NCBI GenBank assembly: GCA_030141605.1
Contig: JAQGDQ010002486.1
Location: 1 to 19,465, forward strand
Length of the DNA: 19,465 nt
Reading direction: 5' to 3'
Source: Tubiluchus corallicola
Lineage: Eukaryota > Animalia > Priapulida
The position numbers and the translations under genes are program-made. Positions 8,600 to 16,199 of this stretch are shown one piece after another. Position 1 is the stretch's first letter. Each line of letters begins with the position of its first letter. The notes beneath the pieces were generated by a model that saw only the letters and a list, made by a program, of their open reading frames with translations, was not told the origin of the DNA and ran no database searches.

Positions 8600-9943
8600 A
8601 TGAATAAGCATTCAAAGTCACTTGAAAGTGATCCAGTAAATAAACTATTATTAAAACTATCAACTCCTTCTGCTATAGGTTTGTTGGTTAACGCTTTATA
8701 TAATCTAGTAGATACAATTTGTGTAGGTAGAGGAGTAGGGACTCACGCTTTAGGAGCTTTAGGTATAGTACTACCTATTCAAACTATCGCCATAGGAGTT
8801 GCATTAACAATAGGACCTGGATGTGCTTCAATTGTATCTAGAGCTTTTGGATCTAAACAATACCACAAGGTAGAAACATCTGTTGCAACATCATTTGCAC
8901 TAATCTTATTTACTTCTATTATAATCATGACATTTTTTTACTCTTTTTTAGATCAGGTTATTATAGCATTTGGAGGAAATGAAGATCTCTTTGACTACGC
9001 TAAAGAATACATACAAATTATCTTACTAGGAATTCCATTTATGTCATATGCTATGCTAGCTAATAACATTGTAAGAGCTGAAGGAAATGCTAAGATGTCT
9101 ATGATAATAATGCTAGCTGGAGCAATTACAAATATTTTATTAGATCCCATTTTTATATTTGGACTAAAGCTAGGTGTAAAAGGTGCTGCTCTAGCAACAA
9201 TTATAGGACAAATTGTTTCTTTCATTATTTTGCTTTTTTATTTTCTATTTTCTAAAACTCAGCTCAAGTTTTCTATAAAAAAGCTCAAATTTGACTATAA
9301 AGTTGCACGAGAAATATTTACTGTTGGCTCCCCTTCTTTTTTTAGAAATGTAGCAGGATCTTTTATAATTGTATTTTTAAACATATTACTCAATAAACAT
9401 GGAGGCTCTATAGCTATAGCATTATTTAGCACAATAAACAAACTTTTAATGTTTATACTTATACCATCTTTTGGTATTGCTCACGGTGCACAGCCAATTA
9501 TTGGATTTAATTATGGAGCTAAAAATTACAAAAGAGTTATACAAGTAGTTAAAACAAGTATTTTGTGGAGTTTTATTTACTTTATGATATGGACTATTTT
9601 TATAGAGATATTTCCTAGATTAAGTTTAGCTGTTTTTACAACTGATGCTGAATTTTTAAATTTAGGTACACCTTTTATGAGAATTATCGTTTTGATATTT
9701 CCATTTATTGGTTTTCAAATAATAGGAGTTACTTTTTTTCAAGCTATTGGAAAGGTAAAACCAGCGTTATTTTTATCACTGTCTAGGCAGGTAATATTTT
9801 TATTCCCTTTGCTCTGTATACTCCCAAATATTTATGGACTTTTAGGTATAATAATATCTTTTCCTATAGCTGATCTTTTAGCATCTATAGCTGCAGCAAT
9901 TATGATACGAAAACAAATTATAGAAATAAAGTCTTTTACATAA
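8600..9943 (+). CDS. MATE-family efflux transporter (MepA-like)
   Basis: 447 aa with about 12 hydrophobic segments. Motifs are LYNLVDT, RAEGN, NILLDPIFIF, GVKGAALAT and QPIIGFNYGA. Confidence 0.92.
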   Translation: MNKHSKSLESDPVNKLLLKLSTPSAIGLLVNALYNLVDTICVGRGVGTHALGALGIVLPIQTIAIGVALTIGPGCASIVSRAFGSKQYHKVETSVATSFALILFTSIIIMTFFYSFLDQVIIAFGGNEDLFDYAKEYIQIILLGIPFMSYAMLANNIVRAEGNAKMSMIIMLAGAITNILLDPIFIFGLKLGVKGAALATIIGQIVSFIILLFYFLFSKTQLKFSIKKLKFDYKVAREIFTVGSPSFFRNVAGSFIIVFLNILLNKHGGSIAIALFSTINKLLMFILIPSFGIAHGAQPIIGFNYGAKNYKRVIQVVKTSILWSFIYFMIWTIFIEIFPRLSLAVFTTDAEFLNLGTPFMRIIVLIFPFIGFQIIGVTFFQAIGKVKPALFLSLSRQVIFLFPLLCILPNIYGLLGIIISFPIADLLASIAAAIMIRKQIIEIKSFT

Positions 9944-9977
9944 ATTTTAAAATTTATATATTGGAGGAAAAATAATT

Positions 9978-11000
9978 ATGAATACTTTTGGAAATATCTT
10001 TAAAATTTCAATTTATGGAGAATCTCATGGGTCTGGAGTCGGTGTTGTACTTGATGGATGTCCACCAGGAATAGATATTGTAGAAGAAGATTTCTTAAAA
10101 GATTTATCAAGAAGAAAACCTGGAAAAATAGGCACTACATCTAGAGTAGAATCAGATTTTCCTATTTTTATTTCAGGTGTTTATAATAATAAAACAACAG
10201 GATCCCCTATAAATATATTCTTTGAAAATAAAAACACAAAATCAAAAGATTATAGTAATCTCTTGGATATGCCAAGACCTGGACACTCAGACTTTGTTGC
10301 TAGTAAAAAGTATAAGGGATTCAATGACATAAGAGGAGGAGGACATTTTTCTGGAAGGCTTACTTTAGCACTTGTTTCTGCAGGAGTTATTGCTAAAAAA
10401 GTACTACTCCCTATACAGCTAAACATTGAAGCTTCATTAATAGAAGTAGGAGGCATTAAGTATAAAGAAGATAATATAGACTATATAAATTCAATAATAG
10501 AAAAAAACAGTTTAGATAAAGACTCTTTAGGAGCAATAATCCAGTGTAGAGTAAATAATGTTCCTATTGGTTTCGGTGAACCATTTTTCAATTCTGTTGA
10601 GTCAGTTATATCTCACATCATATTCTCTATTCCAGGTATAAAAGGAATCGAATTTGGAGCAGGGTTTAAATCCTCAAAAATGAAAGGAAGTGAACACAAT
10701 GATTTGATAATTAACAAGTTTGGTCATACTTCAAGCAATAATAATGGAGGCATAAACGGAGGAATAAGTAACGGAAATGATATAATTTTTAATGTTGTTG
10801 CAAAGCCTACTTCTAGCATCTCTAAACCTCAAAGCTCTTTTAATTTTAAAACTAATGAGATAAGTGAGTTAGTTATAAATGGTAGACATGATGCATGTTT
10901 TGCAACTAGGTCTACTATCATTGTTGAAAACGCTTGTGCTGTTGCTATTGCTGACTTATACCTTACAGCAAAAGCTCTAAATTCAGATCTTTTTTCATAA
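9978..11000 (+). CDS. aroC: Chorismate synthase
   Basis: Motifs are GESHG, RPGHSD, RGGGHFSGR, NNNGGINGGISNG, KPTSSI and GRHD. Confidence 0.96.
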   Translation: MNTFGNIFKISIYGESHGSGVGVVLDGCPPGIDIVEEDFLKDLSRRKPGKIGTTSRVESDFPIFISGVYNNKTTGSPINIFFENKNTKSKDYSNLLDMPRPGHSDFVASKKYKGFNDIRGGGHFSGRLTLALVSAGVIAKKVLLPIQLNIEASLIEVGGIKYKEDNIDYINSIIEKNSLDKDSLGAIIQCRVNNVPIGFGEPFFNSVESVISHIIFSIPGIKGIEFGAGFKSSKMKGSEHNDLIINKFGHTSSNNNGGINGGISNGNDIIFNVVAKPTSSISKPQSSFNFKTNEISELVINGRHDACFATRSTIIVENACAVAIADLYLTAKALNSDLFS

Positions 11001-11025
11001 TTTTTCATGATAGGAGAAAGTCAAA

Positions 11026-11523
11026 TTGAAAAGAAAAAACTATATAAATTGGGACGAATACTTTATGGGTATAGCTCTTCTTTCTGCAAAAAGAAGTAAG
11101 GATCCTTCAACACAAGTAGGAGCTTGCATTGTAAATGGAAGCAACCGAGTTGTTGGTATAGGGTATAATGGTTTTCCTAAAGGGTGTAGTGATGATTTGT
11201 TCCCTTGGGGGAAAACAGGTAGCTTTTTAGAAACAAAATATCCATATGTAAGCCATGCAGAACAAAATGCTATTTTAAATAGCACAAGGTCACTTGAAAA
11301 ATGTAAAATGTATGTATCTCTTTTCCCATGTCATGAATGTGCAAAATTTATAATACAAAGTGGTATAACAAGTATAATATATCTTCACGATAAATACAGC
11401 AATAGTGATTCGAATAAAGCTGCTAAAAAGATGTTTGATTCTAGTGGAGTTAATTATTATAAACTAGATACTTCCATTAAAAGCATTAATATAAATTTTC
11501 AAGTAGATCAATCTAATAGTTAA
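11026..11523 (+). CDS. dCMP deaminase (ComEB/DCTD-like)
   Basis: Motifs are WDEYFM, RSKDPSTQVGACIV, GYNGFP, HAEQNA and PCHECAK. The TTG start follows AGGAGA. Confidence 0.93.
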   Translation: MKRKNYINWDEYFMGIALLSAKRSKDPSTQVGACIVNGSNRVVGIGYNGFPKGCSDDLFPWGKTGSFLETKYPYVSHAEQNAILNSTRSLEKCKMYVSLFPCHECAKFIIQSGITSIIYLHDKYSNSDSNKAAKKMFDSSGVNYYKLDTSIKSININFQVDQSNS

Positions 11524-11529
11524 AGGTAC

Positions 11530-11556
11530 AAGGAAAGCTAAATTTTAGCTTTCCTT
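11530..11556. terminator. Bidirectional terminator between the convergent dCMP deaminase and pepT genes
   Basis: Perfect inverted repeat AAGGAAAGCTAA-ATT-TTAGCTTTCCTT. Confidence 0.8.
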
Positions 11557-11614
11557 ATATTTTTATTTAAACACCATTAGTGATAATTGTATTGTTAGAT
11601 AGTATTATATTTAA

Positions 11615-12841
11615 CTAACTTTCGTGAATTTCATCTACAATATTAATAATTACTTCTACTGCTTTTATCATTGATTCTACACATATGTATTCATGTTTGC
11701 CATGAAAATTATGTCCCCCTGTAAAAATATTTGGGCAAGGCAAGCCCTTAAATGCTAACATAGCTCCATCTGTTCCCCCACGTATTGCTTCAACTATTGG
11801 AGTAATACAAGCTTTTTTCATTGCAGATTTGGCATATTCAATAATTTCAGGCATTTTTTTTACTTCTTCTAGCATATTTTTATACTGATACGTAGTTTTT
11901 AGTTCAATTTTAGAGTTTGGGAAACTAGCCTCCACATCTTTAGCTATTTTTTTGATATATTCGTTTCTAGCATTAAATGAGTCTATATCATGATCACGAA
12001 GAGCATATAACATATGTCCATTTTCAACAGTAGCATTCATTTCCATTAAATGATAAAAACCTTCTTTATCACTTGTATATTGCGGTCTTTCATATTCTGG
12101 TATTAAGCTATCAATTTTTCTAATAATTTCACTACTACTAACCATTACACCTTTAGCAGTTCCTGGGTGAACATTACGACCTGTTATTTCTATTTCCACC
12201 ATTGACGCATTAAAGTTTTCAAATTGTAGTTCACCTATCTTGGAGCCATCAAGTGTATAGCCAAATTTTGCCCCTAGCTTTTTTACGTCAAAGTTAACAG
12301 TTCCCATTCCAATTTCTTCATCTGGAGTAAAAGCAATTAAAATGTCTCCATGTTTAATATCTGGGTTATCAACATAATACTTACAGGCTTCCATAATTTC
12401 TGCAATACCTGCTTTATCATCTGCTCCTAAAAGTGTTGTTCCATCTGTTGTAATTATTGTTTTATTTATATATTTTTTTAAACTTGGAAATTCACTTGTT
12501 AAAAGTGAAAAACCATTATCAAAAATAATATCATTACCATCATAATTTTCAATAATTTGTGGTTTTACTCCTTTTCCAGAATAATCAGGAGATGTGTCCA
12601 CATGAGCAATAAAAGCAACTGGGTCAACCTTGCGCTTGCTATTACTTGGAATTTTAGCATATAAAATACCTTTATCTGTTAACTCCACCTCTAAATTCAG
12701 CTCAAGTAACTCATCTTTTAGTACATTTAGTAAATCAAATTGTTTCATTGTTGATGGTCTTGTCTTAGATAGCGGATCTGATTGTGTGTCAATTTTTATA
12801 TATTTAATAAACCTATCAATTATTTCTTTTTTTTTTATCAT
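11615..12841 (-). CDS. pepT: Peptidase T (M20 tripeptide aminopeptidase)
   Basis: Motifs are AHVDT, LLGADDKAGIAEI, FTPDEEIG, YTLDG, HPGTAKG, IRGGTDGA and GGHNFHG. Confidence 0.96.
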   Translation of the reverse strand: MIKKKEIIDRFIKYIKIDTQSDPLSKTRPSTMKQFDLLNVLKDELLELNLEVELTDKGILYAKIPSNSKRKVDPVAFIAHVDTSPDYSGKGVKPQIIENYDGNDIIFDNGFSLLTSEFPSLKKYINKTIITTDGTTLLGADDKAGIAEIMEACKYYVDNPDIKHGDILIAFTPDEEIGMGTVNFDVKKLGAKFGYTLDGSKIGELQFENFNASMVEIEITGRNVHPGTAKGVMVSSSEIIRKIDSLIPEYERPQYTSDKEGFYHLMEMNATVENGHMLYALRDHDIDSFNARNEYIKKIAKDVEASFPNSKIELKTTYQYKNMLEEVKKMPEIIEYAKSAMKKACITPIVEAIRGGTDGAMLAFKGLPCPNIFTGGHNFHGKHEYICVESMIKAVEVIINIVDEIHES

Positions 12842-12862
12842 AAAAACCCCTAATATTCTAGT

Positions 12863-12890
12863 AAAAAAAGATACAGACTTGTCTGTATCT
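12863..12890 (-). terminator. Intrinsic terminator between the permease and pepT
   Basis: The minus strand reads AGATACAGAC-AA-GTCTGTATCT-TTTTTT. Confidence 0.65.
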
Positions 12891-12908
12891 AAACGCTATA
12901 TTAAAATA

Positions 12909-14369
12909 TTAATGATGCTCTCCATGATTTGCTATAACAGTTGCAATTGATATAAATACAATTGGACCTAGTACAGTCCAAATTCCTGTATTTAGATCAC
13001 CACTTATAAACGGGTGAATTATTGTAAAAGCATTACCAAATAGCACAATTATAAAGGTCATAATAGTTGCTAGTAAAACTAAAGAAGGCTTTATTAAAAT
13101 TACATCTTTAGACAATTTGTCATTTGTACGGTATTTATACCATGCATATATCAAGAATAGATATGGTAATGTCATACCTACATTTATCATTGTAACTAGC
13201 ATATCAAATAATTCATCTGCTGTGTCACCAAAAAATAACCCTGAGATCCCTTTTAAAACAATAAACCCTGATACTACATACATTTGAGCTTTTATTGCAT
13301 TGTAGTATACTCCGTTTTCATTTTTATCTTGAAAGTGGTCTGGCCAGTAACTCTTTGGAGTTGATTCAATTAGCTGTTTTAGTGGGGCATAAGTCAATGT
13401 AATTAGTGCACCCATGTATGATAGAAATATTGCAAGAGCTGTATATCTCATTAGAAATTCACCTAATATTTTTGGATTTTTCATTCCAAATACATTACCT
13501 ACTTCAATACCTAAGTTAGTCATTATTAGATACAATGAGTTCATAGAATTAATTCCTTCTGATGGAAATCCGCTCCATGACATAATAGCACCTACAAATA
13601 AAAACCCTAGCACATAAAAGCAAACAATAAAAGTACCTGCTATTGCAATTCCTTTCTTAAGGTCACGATTTGGATTTTCTAAATCATCAGAAACTCCTGC
13701 CATAGCTTCTGTGCCACCATATGCAAAAACAGAGAATACTAAAAAACCTAAAAACGGCATAGCTGAATGAAAGCTAGGATTTGGAGATGATCCAAAAGCC
13801 ACTAAGCTAATAGGCTCTGCAAATACAAATCCATTAAATGCTAAAACAAGTATCCCACCAATTAAAAGGACAATGTTAAGTGATATAACTGCTATACCAC
13901 CAATTGATGCCACTTTTCCAAATCTATTTGGCCCTCTTTTTAAAAGTACTGTTATTCCAAATATAAGAAATAAACCTAAAACTGATAGCATCAGTGGTCC
14001 CATATTAGTAGTTTTGTCTACACCAAATAGCGTAAATGATAGAGGTATCCAAGTATTTAAAGCTTTGGTAAACATCCATATTAAGTATGAAGAGTACCAC
14101 ATAAATATACCATATAATGCAAACTTACCATTAGTAGAGTGTTTCATCCAGCTATAGATCCCACCTTCTGTTTCTCTAAATCCTGTACCAAATTCGATCA
14201 TCATACATAAAAATGGTATAAAAAAGAATAAACCACCAATTATAAAAAATGGTATCGCAGCATAACCCATTCTGTAATAACCTATTGAAATGTTTACTAC
14301 TCCAAATACAGAAGTTATCATCATCAGTACAAACATTCCAAGAGTCAATTTTTTAGCGTTTTTAGACAT
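12909..14369 (-). CDS. APC-superfamily amino acid permease (YjeM/GadC-like)
   Basis: 486 aa with about 12 TM segments. Motifs are TSVFG, FFFIP, EGGIYSW, FAYGGTE and YAPLKQLI. The RBS is AAGGAGG. Confidence 0.88.
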   Translation of the reverse strand: MSKNAKKLTLGMFVLMMITSVFGVVNISIGYYRMGYAAIPFFIIGGLFFFIPFLCMMIEFGTGFRETEGGIYSWMKHSTNGKFALYGIFMWYSSYLIWMFTKALNTWIPLSFTLFGVDKTTNMGPLMLSVLGLFLIFGITVLLKRGPNRFGKVASIGGIAVISLNIVLLIGGILVLAFNGFVFAEPISLVAFGSSPNPSFHSAMPFLGFLVFSVFAYGGTEAMAGVSDDLENPNRDLKKGIAIAGTFIVCFYVLGFLFVGAIMSWSGFPSEGINSMNSLYLIMTNLGIEVGNVFGMKNPKILGEFLMRYTALAIFLSYMGALITLTYAPLKQLIESTPKSYWPDHFQDKNENGVYYNAIKAQMYVVSGFIVLKGISGLFFGDTADELFDMLVTMINVGMTLPYLFLIYAWYKYRTNDKLSKDVILIKPSLVLLATIMTFIIVLFGNAFTIIHPFISGDLNTGIWTVLGPIVFISIATVIANHGEHH

Positions 14370-14722
14370 ATAAATCCTCCTTGTTTTATATTAATTTTTA
14401 ATTATTTATATCACAATTTATTTTTAACTAAATTAAACACTTTTAGTCCATTTCATAGTTGTTATTGTAGCATTAAGTCATAAATAATATTTTAAATTTT
14501 TTTACTGCTTGGTAGATAGAATCTCAAAATATGAACTTTAGAAAATGTCAAAGTTGAAAAGTTTTATTTCACTATTATTTTATATATAGTTTTAAAAACT
14601 GTAAGAATTGAAATGAAGCATTATAAGGCTATTTATATAATATAGCTTGGTGCCATAATTCACTAATTTGTCTACTCTTTTAGCTATATCATTTTGTCTT
14701 TTTTATAAACCCGTCAAAACTT

Positions 14723-15817
14723 ATTTTATTCCCACTATGTGGGTATAGTCTCGTTCGGGTCCTTCTGGGCTCGCAAACCATTGCGGGTCGTTTTATTCCC
14801 ACTATGTGGGTATAGTCTCGAACAAGTCTTAGATTTGCTTACCTTTCTCTAGTTGAGTTTTATTCCCACTATGTGGGTATAGTCTCTTTTTTTAATTTTT
14901 TTTACTTATAAAATACAAAATTGTTTTATTCCCACTATGTGGGTATAGTCTCCCCGCAAAAATTCAAGCAATATTAGATGAAAATATTGTTTTATTCCCA
15001 CTATGTGGGTATAGTCTCTAGAAAAATAATAGACTTAATGTATAAAAATAATCTGTTTTATTCCCACTATGTGGGTATAGTCTCTTAATGGAAAAAAACA
15101 AGGTAAATGGAAATATTATACGTTTTATTCCCACTATGTGGGTATAGTCTCTAAAAGAGAAGATGAGTGGAAATATTACCATGACAAGTTTTATTCCCAC
15201 TATGTGGGTATAGTCTCATAATGAAGGTGATGAACTATACACCTGGTTTTCCTTGTTTTATTCCCACTATGTGGGTATAGTCTCTAGAATTGACAGAAAA
15301 TTATAAAGATGGACAAAGAGAGTTTTATTCCCACTATGTGGGTATAGTCTCCTCTCGATGGAAAAATAAATCTTGAGACAATAGAAAGTTTTATTCCCAC
15401 TATGTGGGTATAGTCTCCAATGAAAATGGGCAATTAAGAAAAATAATAAACTAGTTTTATTCCCACTATGTGGGTATAGTCTCACAAGAAACAGGTCAAT
15501 GGAAATATTACCATGACAAGTTTTATTCCCACTATGTGGGTATAGTCTCAAGATAAAAGAAAAAGGGATATTGACAACTTCAATAGTTTTATTCCCACTA
15601 TGTGGGTATAGTCTCTATAAATAAATCCATCTGGGATAAAGTAGAGGAGAACGGTTTTATTCCCACTATGTGGGTATAGTCTCTATGATGAAGATGGACA
15701 ATTATGGAAAATAGGAAATTAGTTTTATTCCCACTATGTGGGTATAGTCTCAAAGATAATAGAAAACTATGTAAATGGTAAAGAAGAGTTTTATTCCCAC
15801 TATGTGGGTATAGTCTC
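14723..15817 (-). CRISPR. CRISPR array: 17 direct repeats (30 nt) and 16 spacers (36-38 nt), type VI-C
   Basis: The repeat on + is GTTTTATTCCCACTATGTGGGTATAGTCTC, which in the transcribed orientation is GAGACTATACCCACATAGTGGGAATAAAAC (hairpin CCCAC-ATA-GTGGG, 3' AAAAC). Repeats start at 14723, 14790, 14857, 14923, 14989, 15055, 15122, 15188, 15255, 15322, 15388, 15454, 15520, 15586, 15654, 15722 and 15788. Only the leftmost copy deviates (G>A at 14723), which marks the trailer end and supports minus-strand transcription. Confidence 0.99.
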
Positions 15818-15945
15818 ACGTATATATTTTATATACTTAATTTATTGCTTTTAAAGTGCTAATATTATCGATCTATACAATAAATGCTTTTTTTCAAATA
15901 GAAGTCTATATTTTATAGTGCATCAATTTTTGCATTATTATACAT
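15818..15945 (-). promoter_or_regulatory. CRISPR leader (AT-rich), with a perfect TATAAT at 15942-15937 pointing into the array
   Basis: This non-coding AT-rich segment adjoins the undegenerate end of the array on the cas13c side. No good -35 box is visible. Confidence 0.6.
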
Positions 15946-15949
15946 TGAC

Positions 15950-15977
15950 AAAGTAGGTACCCTTAAAGGGTAACTTT
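15950..15977 (-). terminator. Hairpin immediately after the small-peptide stop codon
   Basis: The minus strand reads AAAGT-TACCCT-TTA-AGGGTA-(CCT)-ACTTT. The U tail is short, so terminator function is uncertain. Confidence 0.35.
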
Positions 15978-16060
15978 TAGATAGCCAAAAGATACATTAA
16001 ATCAACTATAAGTTGGCATATTCGGCATATCATAGATATAACCATAGTTATATCCTTCAT
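15977..16060 (-). CDS. Putative 27-aa hydrophobic peptide MKDITMVISMICRICQLIVDLMYLLAI (type I toxin-like, or a Cas13c accessory micropeptide)
   Basis: A near-perfect anti-SD match (TAAGGAGATGAT) precedes AATT-ATG at 16060, and TAA is at 15977-15979. There is an upstream promoter and a downstream hairpin. The ORF is below the ORF-track length cutoff. Confidence 0.55.
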   Translation of the reverse strand: MKDITMVISMICRICQLIVDLMYLLAI

Positions 16061-16154
16061 AATTATCATCTCCTTAAAAGTATTTTGACTTAACGTCTTT
16101 GCTAAGTTATCCATACTTTTAATTCGATAGCCTCTCTAAGAGTACCTATAAATG

Positions 16155-16183
16155 ATGTTATCATATTTTAAATTAAAAATCAA
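16155..16183 (-). promoter_or_regulatory. Putative sigma70 promoter for the small-peptide gene
   Basis: TTGATT-N17-TAACAT with a TG extended -10, starting 16 nt after the cas13c stop. Confidence 0.4.
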
Positions 16184-16199
16184 CAGATTTTATATGATA

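Noticed and set aside
15218-15254. S8 partly resembles the start of the micropeptide mRNA (ATGAAGG...AACTAT)
   Set aside because: There are only two short blocks (7 and 6 nt) with a gap in AT-rich sequence, which is consistent with chance. I saw no full spacer match anywhere in the window.
15018-15819. ORF-track entries 15018..15200, 15267..15551 and 15598..15819 with repeating RLYPHSGNKT
   Set aside because: These are translations of the CRISPR repeats, not proteins.
15945-15976. TTGACA on + as an antisense (antitoxin) promoter
   Set aside because: There is no acceptable -10 hexamer at 16-18 nt spacing.
16105-16134. Possible degenerate mini-repeat (creA-like) ending GATAGCCTC between cas13c and the peptide gene
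   Set aside because: Similarity is limited to the last few bases and there is no repeat hairpin, so it cannot be supported.
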